Translations under genes and position numbers: made by a program
Assembly: GCA_028826165.1 (NCBI GenBank)
Contig: JAPDFW010000027.1
Span: 1 to 64,000, forward strand
DNA from: Anaeramoeba ignava BMAN
Lineage: Eukaryota; Protista; Anaeramoebae
DNA length: 64,000 bases
Direction of reading: 5' to 3'
Notes under the pieces: model-generated
What the model was told of the DNA's origin: nothing
What the model saw: the letters and a program-made list of their open reading frames with translations, nothing else
Databases searched by the model: none
Part shown: positions 13,317 to 26,319 of the stretch, piece by piece
Layout of the letters: each line of letters begins with the position of its first letter
Numbering within the stretch: the stretch's first letter is position 1

Positions 13317-15960
13317 TTAAACATTTTGATGTTCATCATTTTTAATTAAAGATTCTCTTTCAGAATTTGTTTCTGAATTTTTTTCATCAATTTTGATCAA
13401 GAAATCTTTTTCAGAATTTGTTTCATCTTCTTCTTTTGTAACATTTTCTTTTAAAAGGAAATGAGAAGATTTTTCCAATTCAGGAGATTTAATAAAAAGC
13501 ATTAAAAGAAAACCAATAAAATAAATGAAACCAAGAGTAATAAAAACAAGAGCAGGGAAATTAATATATTCTGCGAATGAAAAATAAGAACCAGCAAGAA
13601 AAGGGCCAAGTGAACGAAACAAAGAACCGATTGATCCAGCAGATCCTTGAATCATTCCTTGATTTCCAGGTCCAGAGGCATTGCTAATCATTGTAAGAGC
13701 GTTTGAGAGCAAAGACATCATTCCAAAGCAATAAGGAAGAATAAAGATTGAGAAAACAACCCATTTCCATATTGCATGTGATTCCAAATGACCGATTATT
13801 AATCGTGAAATTGGGAAACATTGATGCGCAAACAGCAGTTACTAATGACCCTAAAAGAAATAATTTTCTCACTCCAATTTTTTTCACTAATTTGTTATAC
13901 CATAGAAGTTCATAAATAGTTGTTCCTATTCCAAAAACAATAAAAATAACTCCTGTTTCATTTGGTGAAAATCCTAATCCTCCTTCGCTATAATCAAGTG
14001 TAGCATATAAAATCATGAGAACGAAAACCGATCCATTTGAGAAATCACATAAAGAAAAGACGATTACAAGTTTTCGAAGTAATCGATTTGCCCAAACATA
14101 TTTAAATCCTTCTTTTAAATTTTTAAATTTATGGACAAAGGGTTCAACTTCTAAAAATATTTTGATAAAATAAATAATATTTAAATTGATTTAATTTGAT
14201 TTAATTTAATTTAAATTGATTTAATTTAAATTGATTTAATTTAATTTGATTTAATTTAATTTAATTTGATTTAATTTGATTTAATTTAATTTAATTTAAT
14301 TTGATTTAATTTGATTTAATTTGATTTAATTTAATTTAATTTAATTTAATTTAATTTAATTTAATTTAATTTGATTTAATTTAATTTGATTTAATTTAAT
14401 TTTTGATTTGATTTAATTTAATTTGATTTAATTTAATTTGATTTAATTTAATTTAATTTGATTTAATTTGATTTAATTTAAATTTGATTTAATTTAAATT
14501 TGATTTAATTTAATTTAATTTGATTTAATTTGAATTTGATTTAATTTAATATGATTTGATTTAATATGATTTGATTTAATTTGATTTAATTTGATTTGAT
14601 TTGATTTGATTTAATTTAATTTAATTTAATTTGATTTAATTTAATTTAATTTGATTTGATTTGATTTGATTTGATTTGATTTAATTTGATTTAATTTGAT
14701 TTGATTTGATTTAATTTGATTTAATTTGATTTAATTTGGAATTTGATTTGATTTAATTTGATTTAATTTGATTTGATTTGATTTAATTTAATTTGATTTA
14801 ATTTAATTTGATTTGAATTTGATTTAATTTAATTTGATTTAATTTAATTTAATTTGATTTAATTTAATTTAATTTGATTTGATTTAATTTGATTTGATTT
14901 GATTTAATATTTGATTTAATTTGATTTGATTTGATTTGATTTAATTTGATTTGATTTGATTTGATTTGATTTGATTTAATTTGATTTGATTTGATTTGAT
15001 TTGATTTGAATTTGATTTAATTTAATTTAATTTAATTTGATTTAATTTGATTTAATTTGATTTAATTTGATTTAATTTGATTTGATTTAATTTGATTTAA
15101 TTTAATTTAATTTAATTTGATTTAATTTTAGATTTAATTTGATTTAATTTGATTTAATTTGATTTAATTTAATTTGATTTGATTTGATTTGATTTAATTT
15201 GATTTAAATTGATTTAATTTGATTTAATTTAATTTTAATTTTCACCTTTAGGCATTAATCCTTTATCAGAAAAAAATATATATGTAATTATTGCAACAAT
15301 AAATACAATAATAGCTCCAATAATACATGGAAATAAATATGGATTTTTTTTAAAACTTTCAACACCAAAATCATGTCCAAAAAAAATTGAAACAGTAGCA
15401 GAACTTAATCCTCTAAAAAAAGCATAACAAGCGCTCATTGCAGCAAAAAGAAAAGATCTATAGTTATTAAGAACACCTGATGTTAAATCACTAAAAACAG
15501 CTTTTGTTACAACTTCTGAACCATCAGTTAATCCAGCAATAACTTGAAGTATAATTAGTAGAGGAACAGACCAAGCAAATCCAAATAATAATAATGTAAT
15601 TGAAACCATAAAAAGACTGAATATGATAATTGGTTTTCGACCAAATTTATCAGAAAAATATCCCAAATAAAAACATGAAAAAAAAGAACTTGCTTTAAAA
15701 GAACCTTCAATTACACCTGAAAGAACTCCTACATTTTTTTTGGAAATGTGAAATCTTTTTTTAAGCATTTTAGGAACAAAAGGATAAACAAGAGTTCCTC
15801 CATATTCATCAAAACCAATTGCTGTAAGAAGAATTGCTGCTACTTTTTGTGCTTTTTTAATTGCTATTTTTGCGTTGCTTTTGGTTTCTTCTTCTTCTGA
15901 TTTTTCTTCTAATTCTTCTTGTTTTTCTTTTTCTGATGTGTTTATATTTATTAAAGACAT
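13317..15960 (-). pseudogene. MFS transporter paralog A (ZIFL/MFSD10/TetA-like); exons 15960-15246, 14150-13317; 1-nt frameshift near 13815 (pseudogene or sequencing error)
   Basis: MFS motif A GYFSDKFGRKP. Alignment to paralog B shows ttgggaaaca (10 nt) versus gtggaagta (9 nt), which splits ORFs 13684-14016 and 13317-13787. Confidence 0.8.
14185..15235 (+). repeat. Pentamer satellite (ATTTG/ATTTA)n filling MFS-A intron 14151-15245
   Basis: Direct repeats; the sense strand (AAATC/AAATT) has essentially no G. Confidence 0.95.
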
Positions 15961-16369
15961 TTATTATTTATTATTTATTTCAATCTGTGAATATTTTTTT
16001 ATCTTGTGAATTTTGTTTTATTGTCTTTAATTTGGTTAAAATAAAGTTAAAAAAAAATAAATTTTTCGATTTGGAAGAAGAAAAAAATTTTTTTTTGAAG
16101 TTTTTGCTGACTCACTTTGATCGTAAAAATTTTTTTTTTTTTCAAAGGGATAAGTTTATTTAATTAGATTTTCAAAAGGAAATTTCTTTTTTGCTTTTTT
16201 TAAAATTTTTTGCTTTTTAATTTGTTTTATTCTCAATCAAAAAAAAAAAAAAAAAAAAGAAGAAAAGAAGAAAGAAGAAAGGTGGGATTAGTTTAATTAA
16301 AGTTTTAATTTAGAAAAAAAATTTTTTTTTTAAAGATTAATTAAAGAATAATTTAATTTCTTTTCTTAC

Positions 16370-16642
16370 TTCAAAAATTATTGGAGGAATAAGAATTAAA
16401 AAAAATAAATTTGTGCTAAATCCAAATATTAAATGCTCAGAAAGTCCAAATCCTAATCCAGTAACTCCAAGAATAACTCCTAATAAAACTATAATTGCAC
16501 TTTCTGGTAAAATTTTAATTGAATATTTAACAACTAACATTCTAATAAGAATAAGAATAAAAAGTGCAAAAAATCCTAATATCAAAAATTCGATTGTTAA
16601 ATTAAAATGAACAAAAATAACTCGGAATTTATCTTCTGACAT
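16370..16642 (-). pseudogene. Duplicated orphan NHE exon 1 with intact ATG, ORF and splice donor
   Basis: Near-identical to 12762-13034 (one aa difference, S15L); GTAAGA donor at 16369; no duplicated exons 2-3. Confidence 0.85.
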
Positions 16643-16953
16643 TTAAAAAAAATATTTTTTTTTGATTAAATTAAAAAAATTTGGAAAAAAGAAAAATTAA
16701 GTTTGAAAAGAAAACTTCCACTTTTCATTCATTTTTTGATCTATATTCTAAAAAAAAAAAAAGAACAAAGAAAAAGGAAATAAACAACAAAGAAAAAGAC
16801 ATCAAAAATTAATTTTCTTTTGTTTCTTTTGTTTCTTTTTTTTTTCCTCTTTGTTCAATTGATTAATTGATTAATTGATTAATTGATTAATTGATTAATT
16901 GATATATTTTTGGATATATAAATGAAAGGAGTAAAAGAATTGAAAAAATCAAA

Positions 16954-19593
16954 TTAAACATTTTGATGTTCATCATTTTTAATTAAAGATTCTCTTTCAG
17001 AATTTGTTTCTGAATTTTTTTCATCAATTTTGATCAAGAAATCTTTTTCTAAATTTGTTTCATCTTCTTCTTTTGTACCATTTTCTTTTAAAAGGAAATG
17101 AGAAGATTTTTCCAATTCAGGAGATTTAATAAAAAGCATTAAAAGAAAACCAATAAAATAAATGAAACCAAGAGTAATAAAAACAAGAGCAGGGAAATTA
17201 ATATATTCTGCGAATGAAAAATAAGAACCAGCAAGAAAAGGGCCAAGTGAACGAAACAAAGAACCGATTGATCCAACAGATCCTTGAATCATTCCTTGAT
17301 TTCCAGGTCCAGAAACGTTGCTAATCATTGTAAGAGCGTTTGAGAGCAAAGACATCAATCCAAAGCAATAAGGAAGAATGAATGGTGTGAAAACAACCCA
17401 TTTCCATATTTTATGTGATTCCAAATCTCCGATTACTAATCGAGAAAGTGGAAGTATTGATGTGCAAGTAGCCATTACAAATGACCCTAAAAGAAATAAT
17501 TTTCTCACTCCAATTTTTTTCACTAATTTGTTATACCATAAAAATTGGAAAAGAACTGAGCCAACACCATATATTGCAAAAAAAACTCCTGTTTCATTTG
17601 GTGAAAATCCTAATCCTCCTTCGCTATAATCAAGTGTAGTATATAAAATTATGAGAACGAAAACCGATCCATTTGAGAAATCACATAAAGAAAAGACGAT
17701 TACAAGTTTTCGAAGTAATCGATTTGCCCAAGCAAATTTGAATCCTTCTTTTAAATTTTTAAATTTATGGACAAAGGGTTCAACTTCTAAAAAGATTTTG
17801 ATAAAATAAATATTATTTGAAATAAATATTTAAATAAATAATATTTGAAATAAATAATTAAATAATTTTTGAAATAAATAATATTTGGAATAAATAATTA
17901 AATAATATTTTGGAATAAATAATATTTTGAATAAATAATTAAATAATATTTGGAATAAATAATTAAATAATATTTGAAATAAATAATATTTGAAATAAAT
18001 AATATTTGGAATAAATAATTAAATAATTAAATAATATTTGAAATAAATAATTAAATAATTAAATAATATTTGAAATAAATAATATTTGAAATAAATAATA
18101 TTTGGAATAAATAATTAAATAATTAAATAATATTTTGAAATAAATAAGATTTTGAATTAAATAATATTTTGAAATAAATAATATTTGAAATAAATAATAT
18201 TTGGAATAAATAATTAAATAATTAAATAATATTTGAAATAAATAATATTTGGAATAAATAATATTTTGGAATAAATAATATTTGAAATAAATAATATTTG
18301 GAATAAATAATATTTGAAATAAATAATATTTTGGAATAAATAATATTTGGAAATAAATATTATTTTTGAAATGAATAATATTTGGAATAAATAATATTTG
18401 AAATAAATAATTAAATAATTTTTGGAATAAATAATTAAATATATTTGAAATAAATAATATTTGAAATAAATAATATTTGGAATAAATAATATTTGAAATA
18501 AATAATATTTGGAATAAATAATTAAATAATTTAAATTTAATATTTGAAATAAATAATATTTTGGAATAAATAATATTTTGAAATAAATAATATTTGGAAT
18601 AAATAATTAAATAATTAAATAATATTTGAAATAAATAATATTTGGAATAAATAATATTTTGGAATAAATAATTAAATAATTAAATAATATTTGAAATAAA
18701 TAATTAAATAATATTTGAAATAAATAATTAAATATATTTGAAATAAATAATTAAATAATATTTGAAATAAATAATATTTGAAATAAATAATATTTGAAAT
18801 AAATTTGATTTAATTTGATTTGATTTAATTTGATTTGAATTTGATTTAATTTGAATTGAATTTGATTTAATTTAATTTAATTTTCACCTTTAGGCATTAA
18901 TCCTTTATCAGAAAAAAATATATATGTAATTATTGCAACAATAAATACAATAATAGCTCCAATAATACATGGAAATAAATATGGATTTTTTTTAAAAATT
19001 TCAACACCAAAATCATGTCCAAAAAAAATTGAAACAGTAGCAGAACTTAATCCTCTAAAAAAAGCATAACAAGCGCTCATTGAAGCAAAAAGAAAAGATC
19101 TATATTTATTAAGAACACCTGATGTTAAATCACTAAAAACAGCTTTTGTTACAACTTCTGTGCCATCAGTTAAACCAGCAATGATTTCAAGAAGAATAAG
19201 AGACGTAACAGACCAAGCAAATCCAAATAATAATAATGTAATTGAAACCATAAAAAGACTGAATATGATAATTGGTTTTCGACCAAATTTATCAGAAAAA
19301 TACCCCAAATAAAAACATGAAAAAAAAGAACTTGCTTTAAAAGAACCTTCAATTACACCTGAAAGAACTCCTACATTTTTATTGGAAATGTGAAATCTTT
19401 TTTTAAGCATTTGAGGAACAAAAGGATAAACAAGAGTTCCTCCATATTGATCAAAACCAATTGCTGCAAGAAGAATTGCTGTTACTTTTTGTGCTTTTTT
19501 AATTGCTATTTTTGTTTTGCTTTTGGTTTCTTCCTCTTTTGATTTTTCTTTTTGTTTTTCTTTTTCTGATGTGTTTATATTTATTAAAGACAT
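16954..19593 (-). CDS. MFS transporter paralog B (intact); exons 19593-18888, 17786-16954
   Basis: GYFSDKFGRKP motif; intron 17787-18887 joins in phase (G|AA) and exon 2 reads open to the stop. Confidence 0.9.
17805..18800 (+). repeat. About 17-mer satellite (GAAATAAATAATATTT-type) filling MFS-B intron 17787-18887
   Basis: Direct repeats unrelated to the pentamer in paralog A. Confidence 0.95.
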
Positions 19594-19814
19594 TTATTAT
19601 TTGTTATTTATTTCAATCTGTGAATATTTTTTTATCTTGTTATTATGTTTTTTTTTTTGTTTTCAAAAGAGAAAACTGAAAAAAAAAAATTATAAAAAAA
19701 ATAAATTTTTCGATTTGGAAAAAAAAAAATTTTTTTTATAAATAATTCCTTCTAATTCAAATTTTGATCGTGGTTTTTTTTTGAAAAAGAAATCATTTAT
19801 TCAATTTAAATTTC

Positions 19815-20968
19815 CAAAATCCAAAATTAAAATCAAAATTAAAATCAAAATTAAAATCAAAATCAAAATCAAAATCAAAATATAAATCAAAATCAAAATC
19901 AAAATTAAAATCAAAATCAAATTCAAAATTAAAATCAAAATCAAAATTAAAATTAAAATCAAAATTAAAATCAAAATATAAATCAAAATCAAAATTAAAA
20001 TTAAAATCAAAATTAAAATCAAAATCAAAATTAAAATCAAAATCAAAATCAAAATTAAAATCAAAATTAAAATCAAAATCAAAATCAAAATCAAAATCAA
20101 AATCAAAATATAAATTAAAATCAAAATCAAAACCAAAATTAAAATCAAAATCAAAATCAAAATCAAAATTAAAATCAAAATTAAAATATAAATCAAAATC
20201 AAAATCAAAATCAAAATCAAAATTAAAATCAAAATCAAATTCAAAATCAAAATCAAAATTAAAATCAAAATCAAAATCAAAATCAAAATCAAAATATAAA
20301 TTAAAATCAAAATCAAAATCAAAATCAAAATCAAAATCAAAATCAAAATAAAAATCAAAATTAAAAATCAAAATCAAAATTAAAATCAAAATCAAAATCA
20401 AAATTAAAATTAAAATCAAAATCAAAATCAAAATCAAAATCAAAATCAAAATTAAAATCAAAATCAAAATTAAAATTAAAATCAAAATTAAAATCAAAAT
20501 CAAAATTAAAATTAAAATCAAAATTAAAATTAAAATCAAAATCAAAATTAAAATCAAAATCAAAATCAAAATTAAAATCAAAATTAAAATCAAAATCAAA
20601 ATCAAAATTAAAATCAAAATTAAAATCAAAATTAAAATCAAAATCAAAATTAAAATCAAAATCCAAAATCAAAATTAAAATTAAAATTAAAATCAAAATT
20701 ATAAATAAAAATTAAAATTAAAATCAAAATCAAAATCAAAATCAAAATATAAATCAAAATCAAAATCCAAAATTAAAATCAAAATTAAAATCAAAATTAA
20801 AATCAAAATCAAAATCAAAATCAAAATCAAAATCAAAATCAAAATCAAAATTAAAATCAAAATTAAAATTAAAATCAAAATCCAAATTAAAATCAAAATT
20901 ATAAATAAAAATTAAAATCAAAATTAAAATTAAAATCAAAATATAAATCAAAATATAAATCAAAATTA
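19815..20968 (+). repeat. Intergenic (AAAATC/AAAATT)n hexamer satellite between the divergent MFS-B and MED13 genes
   Basis: Direct repeats; source of the ILIL/FDFD pseudo-ORFs. Confidence 0.95.
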
Positions 20969-21100
20969 AGAATGAAAATATTTTTTTTTTACAAAATTTT
21001 TTTTCATTTTTGGATAAAATCATTTTTCTTTTCTTTTTTTTTCCTTTTTAGTTTATTTCCCAAAATTTGAATTTTTGCTTTTCCTTTTCATTTTCTCATT

Positions 21101-24100
21101 ATGGAAATTGAAAATGAATCATTATTTGGTTTTAAAACAAATATTTTTAAAATTGTAAATAAAATTAAAAAAATAAATTTTTTTTTGAATTAATATTTTT
21201 TTTACAAAAAACAAAAACAAAAACAGAAAAAAATAGAAGAAATTAAATGGAGAATTTATACATTAAAAACAAATGAAGAAACAATTAATTTAGAATCAAT
21301 TTTAAAGAATTTTGGGTTTGAAAATAAAGATTGTATTTTTCCAACAACAAGTTTACCGTTTGTTATTGGGAGATTAATAATTCAAAAGACATCATGTTTA
21401 TGGAGTTGGTTTCATAATCCACAAAATTCAAAATTAAATCAATTGTGGATATTTGATGCTGATGGTTTAATTTCTGATTATACTTCTTTTCTTGAAAATG
21501 AAAATGAAAATGAAAATGAAAATGAAAATGAAAATGAAAATGAAAATGAAAATGAAAATGAAAATGAAAATGAAAATGAAAATGAAAATGAAAATGAAAA
21601 TCAAAATGAAAATGAAAATGAAAATGAAAATGAAAATGAAAATGAAAATGAAAATGAAAATGAAAATGAAAATGAAAATGAAAATGAAAATGAAAATGAA
21701 AATGAAAATGAAAATGAAAATGAAAATGAAAATCAAAAGAATCAAAATCAAGAATTTTTTAAAAATGTTAGAAAAATTTTGCGAGAATATTTTAGTTGTT
21801 CAAAAGGAAAATTTATAGTGAGTTCAAGAGAAGTTATTTCGGAAGAAAATCAAGAAAATCCTATTCATTTAAAATTAGTATCACTTATGCTGATTGAAGC
21901 TTTTAATAATCTTATTGAACTGTAAGATATAAATATAAAATTAAAATTAAAATTAAAATTAAAATTAAAATTAAAATTCATTTTAAAATTTAAAATTAAA
22001 ATTCATTTTAAAATTTAAAATTAAAATTAAAATTAAAATTAAAATTAAAATTAAAATTCATTTTAAAATTTAAAATTAAAATTCATTTTAAAATTAAAAT
22101 TAAAATTAAAATTCATTTTAAAATTAAAATTCATTTTGAAATTAAAATTCATTTTAAAATTAAAATTCATTTTGAAATTAAAATTCATTTTGAAATTGAA
22201 ATTCATTTTGAAATTAAAATTCATTTTGAAATTAATTTTTTTCCGATTTTCATTCAAACAGAAAATTAGAAAAACAAAATTGGTTAAGACTTGGAAGCTG
22301 GTTTGTAAACATCCGCCAACAAATATTTGGAAAATGGAACGCAGCACCATTGCCAATGGAGGCTTTTAGATTAAACTTTTTCTTTGAGAAAACAAAACTA
22401 TGCTTACAATTTGTGCACAACCACTTACTTCTTCGGAAGCTGACAGAAAGCGATGCCGACAACACAACTGTATTCATCTCACCATTTGAAACAAAAGCGC
22501 GAATAAACAAGAAAAGAAACCTGAAGCCAACATTTGTAGAAACAACACCAGAACTTGAATGGATGCTTTTCGGGTTAAGTCACAACTTATCGCGACAAAA
22601 CATTGGGACAGAGAACCAAGTAAACATCACACCCGAGGGGTCCAACATCACACTCACAGTCCCAAAGACTCGGGTGTTTGTGCCGATGACACAGAAGAAG
22701 GCTGTATTGCCGTTGACGACAAGGAACAAGGAAATTTACGAAAATTTCACGCGGTTCACGCTCAACGATTCATTGCTCACAGAACTGCTGTGCTCAAACG
22801 GAGACGGCGAAAGTATCGGGCTTGATAAGCAGTCGATGCTTCTTGATTGCGGATTGAATGATCTTGCAACATGGCCGAATGCGCTGCTTGACATTAGCTT
22901 CCATAGTGAGGCATTTCCTAAATCACTAGGTTTGACAGGAGCAGAAAAAACAACCCAAAAAGAAACACTTTCGGGCGTGGAATGGTTCAATGAGAACCGC
23001 AAGAAGCGCAAAAGCCATCTGGAGCAGGAGGAAAAAGAGCGAGTGAACTTCAAACGAAGAATGAGAATGCTCCAAATAGCAAAAAGCAAACAAATTAAAA
23101 ATCGATCGGAGATCCAGTCAGAAATGACAGCTATTCGGGACACAAATCAAGAATCTGGCAAAAACGAACAGCAATTAACCCACAATGGAGATCAAGTCCA
23201 GACAAGAGTGTCGGAAAGACAGAAAGAAACGGCAGGTGGCACAAAGTTACGTTCGTTATGGGATCCGTTCACAAAACTTCTTGAGGAGAAACCGCGACTT
23301 CTGAAGTTCGAGCCCAGAGAAGGTGCTGTGTTAGACGGAGCAAGACAAACCACAGCAGTTTGGCAAACAGGAAGATGGAAGGACAGCGGAGACAAGACGG
23401 CGCATAAAAAGACTTTCGAGACAAGAAGACATGCGGTTTATTCTCCACAGATGTCAACCAATTCGGCTGTGATTGTGAACAAAACAGAGGGAATGGTGCG
23501 CAGTCCTAGCGGAAGAGGTGGATGGGCAAATCCACGCAAGACACTTGGCGGCGCAATGGGGAAGAGTAGTGCAAAACATTCTGTGCAGACAGAGATGGGT
23601 GGCGATCTTTCTTTGAAACAAACAAGTCCGTTGGAAAATGCAAGAGTGCGCATCGGCGGCCAAGAATATGTCAGTAGTGTGCTTATGCTTCTGCAGACGG
23701 TAGACAGCTCATTGGAGGATCCGTTGGATATTCTTGCAAAGGTCCCGAGCGCAGTGGGAGAAGATGGGGTTGTGGGAATGAGTGAGAATGCGAGACGCGT
23801 TGGTATGCAAAAATCTCATCAAACAATCCCATCGCCGTTATCCAAACAGAAGAAAATCGGGACAAGCCAACGGTCCAACTACGCAAAAACACTGCCTGTT
23901 CTGAAGGAGATCGTCAAACAGCTCCAGGTGGTGTATGATCAAAAGCAATGCCACGAAGGATGTGTTGATGCGGATCACAACGGAACTTGGACTTTGGTCG
24001 CAAACGATAAACAATCACAACAAGCTCGTGAAGTTCTGGAAGATATTTTTGGGGGACTCTCTCGAAAGGATCATTTAGGGACAAAAGGGGGAATCTGGCG

Positions 24101-26078
24101 ACGTTTGGAGATCCCGAACTTTCTATCTGGATACGACACAGAATGGGTGGAAATTCTACCGTCTTTCGCAATGTCTTATTGGCAAGCTGTTCTTCTTGAG
24201 CCGTATCAGGACCGTAGAGACGTCGAGTACTTCGTAGTCGCCCCGCAGGACACAACACTTAGGTTCTCTGCGGATATGTTCTTCCGCAATCTGGGGTCGA
24301 TTTACGAGTCCTGTTTTCTTGGGAAACACAGAGAATTCCGCAACTTCGATTACTCCACACCTGACATCGATGGCGAGCTCACAGACATAGCAAAAGAGAA
24401 GCCCTCTCCATCACTGCTCTCTCGGTCATTCGGACCTGCAGACTTCTTGGAAGACAAAACACCGCGCTCGTCATTGGGCGATATTAGCTCAATAACGCTC
24501 TCCGAAGATCTAGTCGTTTCCAAAAACTCAGAAATCACTGATATCACAGCACCTCCAACAAACTCGCTGCACTTCCAGAAGAAGGAAGTCCTTGCACACT
24601 ACGCAAACACATCGCGCAGGATCGTCAACTGTCTGAAACGTCGCAGCAAATATAATAAATACCAGTCAAAAAACGCCAGAACAGTTATTTATGTTGTGGA
24701 TCCTAATATGCCCCAAAGCGATGTGACAGGATTCGATCAAAAAGACTCGCGAAACAAGATCAGTCTTCTCGATATCTACCAAGCGCTCTTCCCGCTGCTC
24801 GAACTCGAGAAGAAAAAGGTTGCGTTTCTCAGCGGAAGACGGGCACTAGAAGACGGAAAAAAGCAAGACAGCAACCAGTCCGAAAAGAGCATTTCCAAAA
24901 AAACATCGAATCAACTTCAATCAACCCCATCAAAAAACAGCACAAAGGGGATCGAAAGCAAGGACGAGAAATATATCACTCGCGAGGGGATTGTAGGCGG
25001 TGAGAAGCACCAGACAACGCCGAGCAAAAACCAGACAGGGAACGTTGTAGTTCAAGTGGTTGATCTTTCGGAGATTCTTCACCAACAAACAAATTTCGAG
25101 CGAGAACTCAAATCAATGTGCTTCTCAGTGTATTCCAAAGCAAGCAAATACAAACACCACTCGCGTCCTCCATGCGTTCTTTCCTTCCGTCCCAACAAGA
25201 CCCTCTCTGCCCAATCCCCGCACGCAGAACAGCTTCCCGAAGACGAACTGTTTCTCCTGCGCAACATCGATCCAACTCCCCAAATTTCCCAAATGACTCT
25301 TCATTGCTGTTATTCATCCACAAACTCTATTATTGTCTATACTTGGATCGACTCCTTTGGCGAGCTCATTTCTTCCTCACTCGAACCCCCCAAATCCCTT
25401 TTTCATGTCTTCAAAAAAATCCTTCGTGACGGTCTTTCTCTTCTTCATGTCTCAGACCCCCATTTGACCCCACTTTCCGAGAACAGACCTGACCCCCAAA
25501 AAATCTGTCAAATTCGGTTCGCCATTTCAAAAGACGGATCTCTTCCAGAACGTGAACTGCAAGAATGGAGTCATGCCTTCCGCGATCTCTTTGGCTCCCC
25601 CCAAAACCCTAATCCTTCCTGTTCGCGCCTTGGTCTATATCAGCTTCATTCATGGTCTGTTATGGCCATCAACGACGTCCAATTTGGATTGCAGTTATTT
25701 TTCGATAACAAAGACTCTCATTTCGGTCAGTCATCTGTTCCTGAGACTCATCTCATTATCCCAAAGAATCCTCCTTACTTCCTTTCCCAAATTGAAACTC
25801 CAAATGCTCTTAAACCTCTTCAAGTATCTTATCTTGTTGATATTGACAATTCGTTTTTAAAATGTCTTTCAATCGAGCTTTTCCATTTTTCTCTTTTCCA
25901 AGTTGATGAGAAATCTGATCCGCCAAGTGATTCTGATCTCAAGAAAGTTTTGGAAGAGTTGAGTTCGGAATTATTTGCTTTGTCTTGGCTTACTGCTTCT
26001 CCTGTTGCTCCAATGAGAGCTTCTACTCTTCCTGTTCATCTTTATATTATAAGAAGAATTCTTTCCTTTTTAAATTGA
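21101..26078 (+). CDS. MED13: Mediator kinase-module subunit 13; exons 21101-21154, 21227-21921, 22262-26078
   Basis: N-terminal TNIFKI..IKWRIY, FNNLIE..WLRLGSWFV; central ILPSFAMSYWQAVLLEPY..RDVEYFVVAP; C-terminal LSWLT...RASTLPVH. All correspond to MED13 conserved blocks and the junctions are in phase. Confidence 0.88.
21494..21733 (+). repeat. (GAAAAT)n of about 40 copies within MED13 exon 2, in-frame poly-EN
   Basis: Nearly perfect hexamer array. Confidence 0.95.
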
Positions 26079-26319
26079 CATTTTTTTTTCTATTCATTTT
26101 AGATTTTCTTTTTGGAATGAATAAACCAAAAAGAAGAAAATTTTTGTTTTTGTTTTTTTTGAGAATTTTTATTTGGAATCAAACCAAATCAAATCAAAAA
26201 ATCAAATCAAATCAAATTAAAATTGAATCAAAATCAAATTGAATCAAACCAAATCAAATCAAAAAATCAAATCAAAAAATCAAATTAAAATTGAATCAAA
26301 ATCAAATCAAATCAAAAAA

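Noticed and set aside
13790-13825. Programmed frameshifting or an alternative genetic code to explain broken ORFs
   Set aside because: Intact paralogs and long ORFs use the standard code. The breaks are single indels, mostly in homopolymers, typical of sequencing error or decay.
17805-18800. Possible CRISPR array or telomeric repeat
   Set aside because: There are no unique spacers, no cas genes and no G-rich telomere motif; the arrays are internal and intronic.
19793-21023. ORFs of ILILIL, FDFDFD, KIKIKI, MKMKMK type (also 2086-2481, 21467-21818, 42837-43145, 46098-46283, 59993-60583)
   Set aside because: These are stop-free translations of hexamer satellites, not genes.
22400-25700. GC-rich segment as bacterial contamination, mobile element or intein
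   Set aside because: It carries MED13 blocks and splices in frame to AT-rich MED13 exons. I saw no terminal repeats, transposase motifs or intein splice motifs.
22559-25860. Many short overlapping or antisense ORFs within MED13 and within the ankyrin gene
   Set aside because: Shadow ORFs caused by higher GC or repeat structure, with no recognisable motifs.
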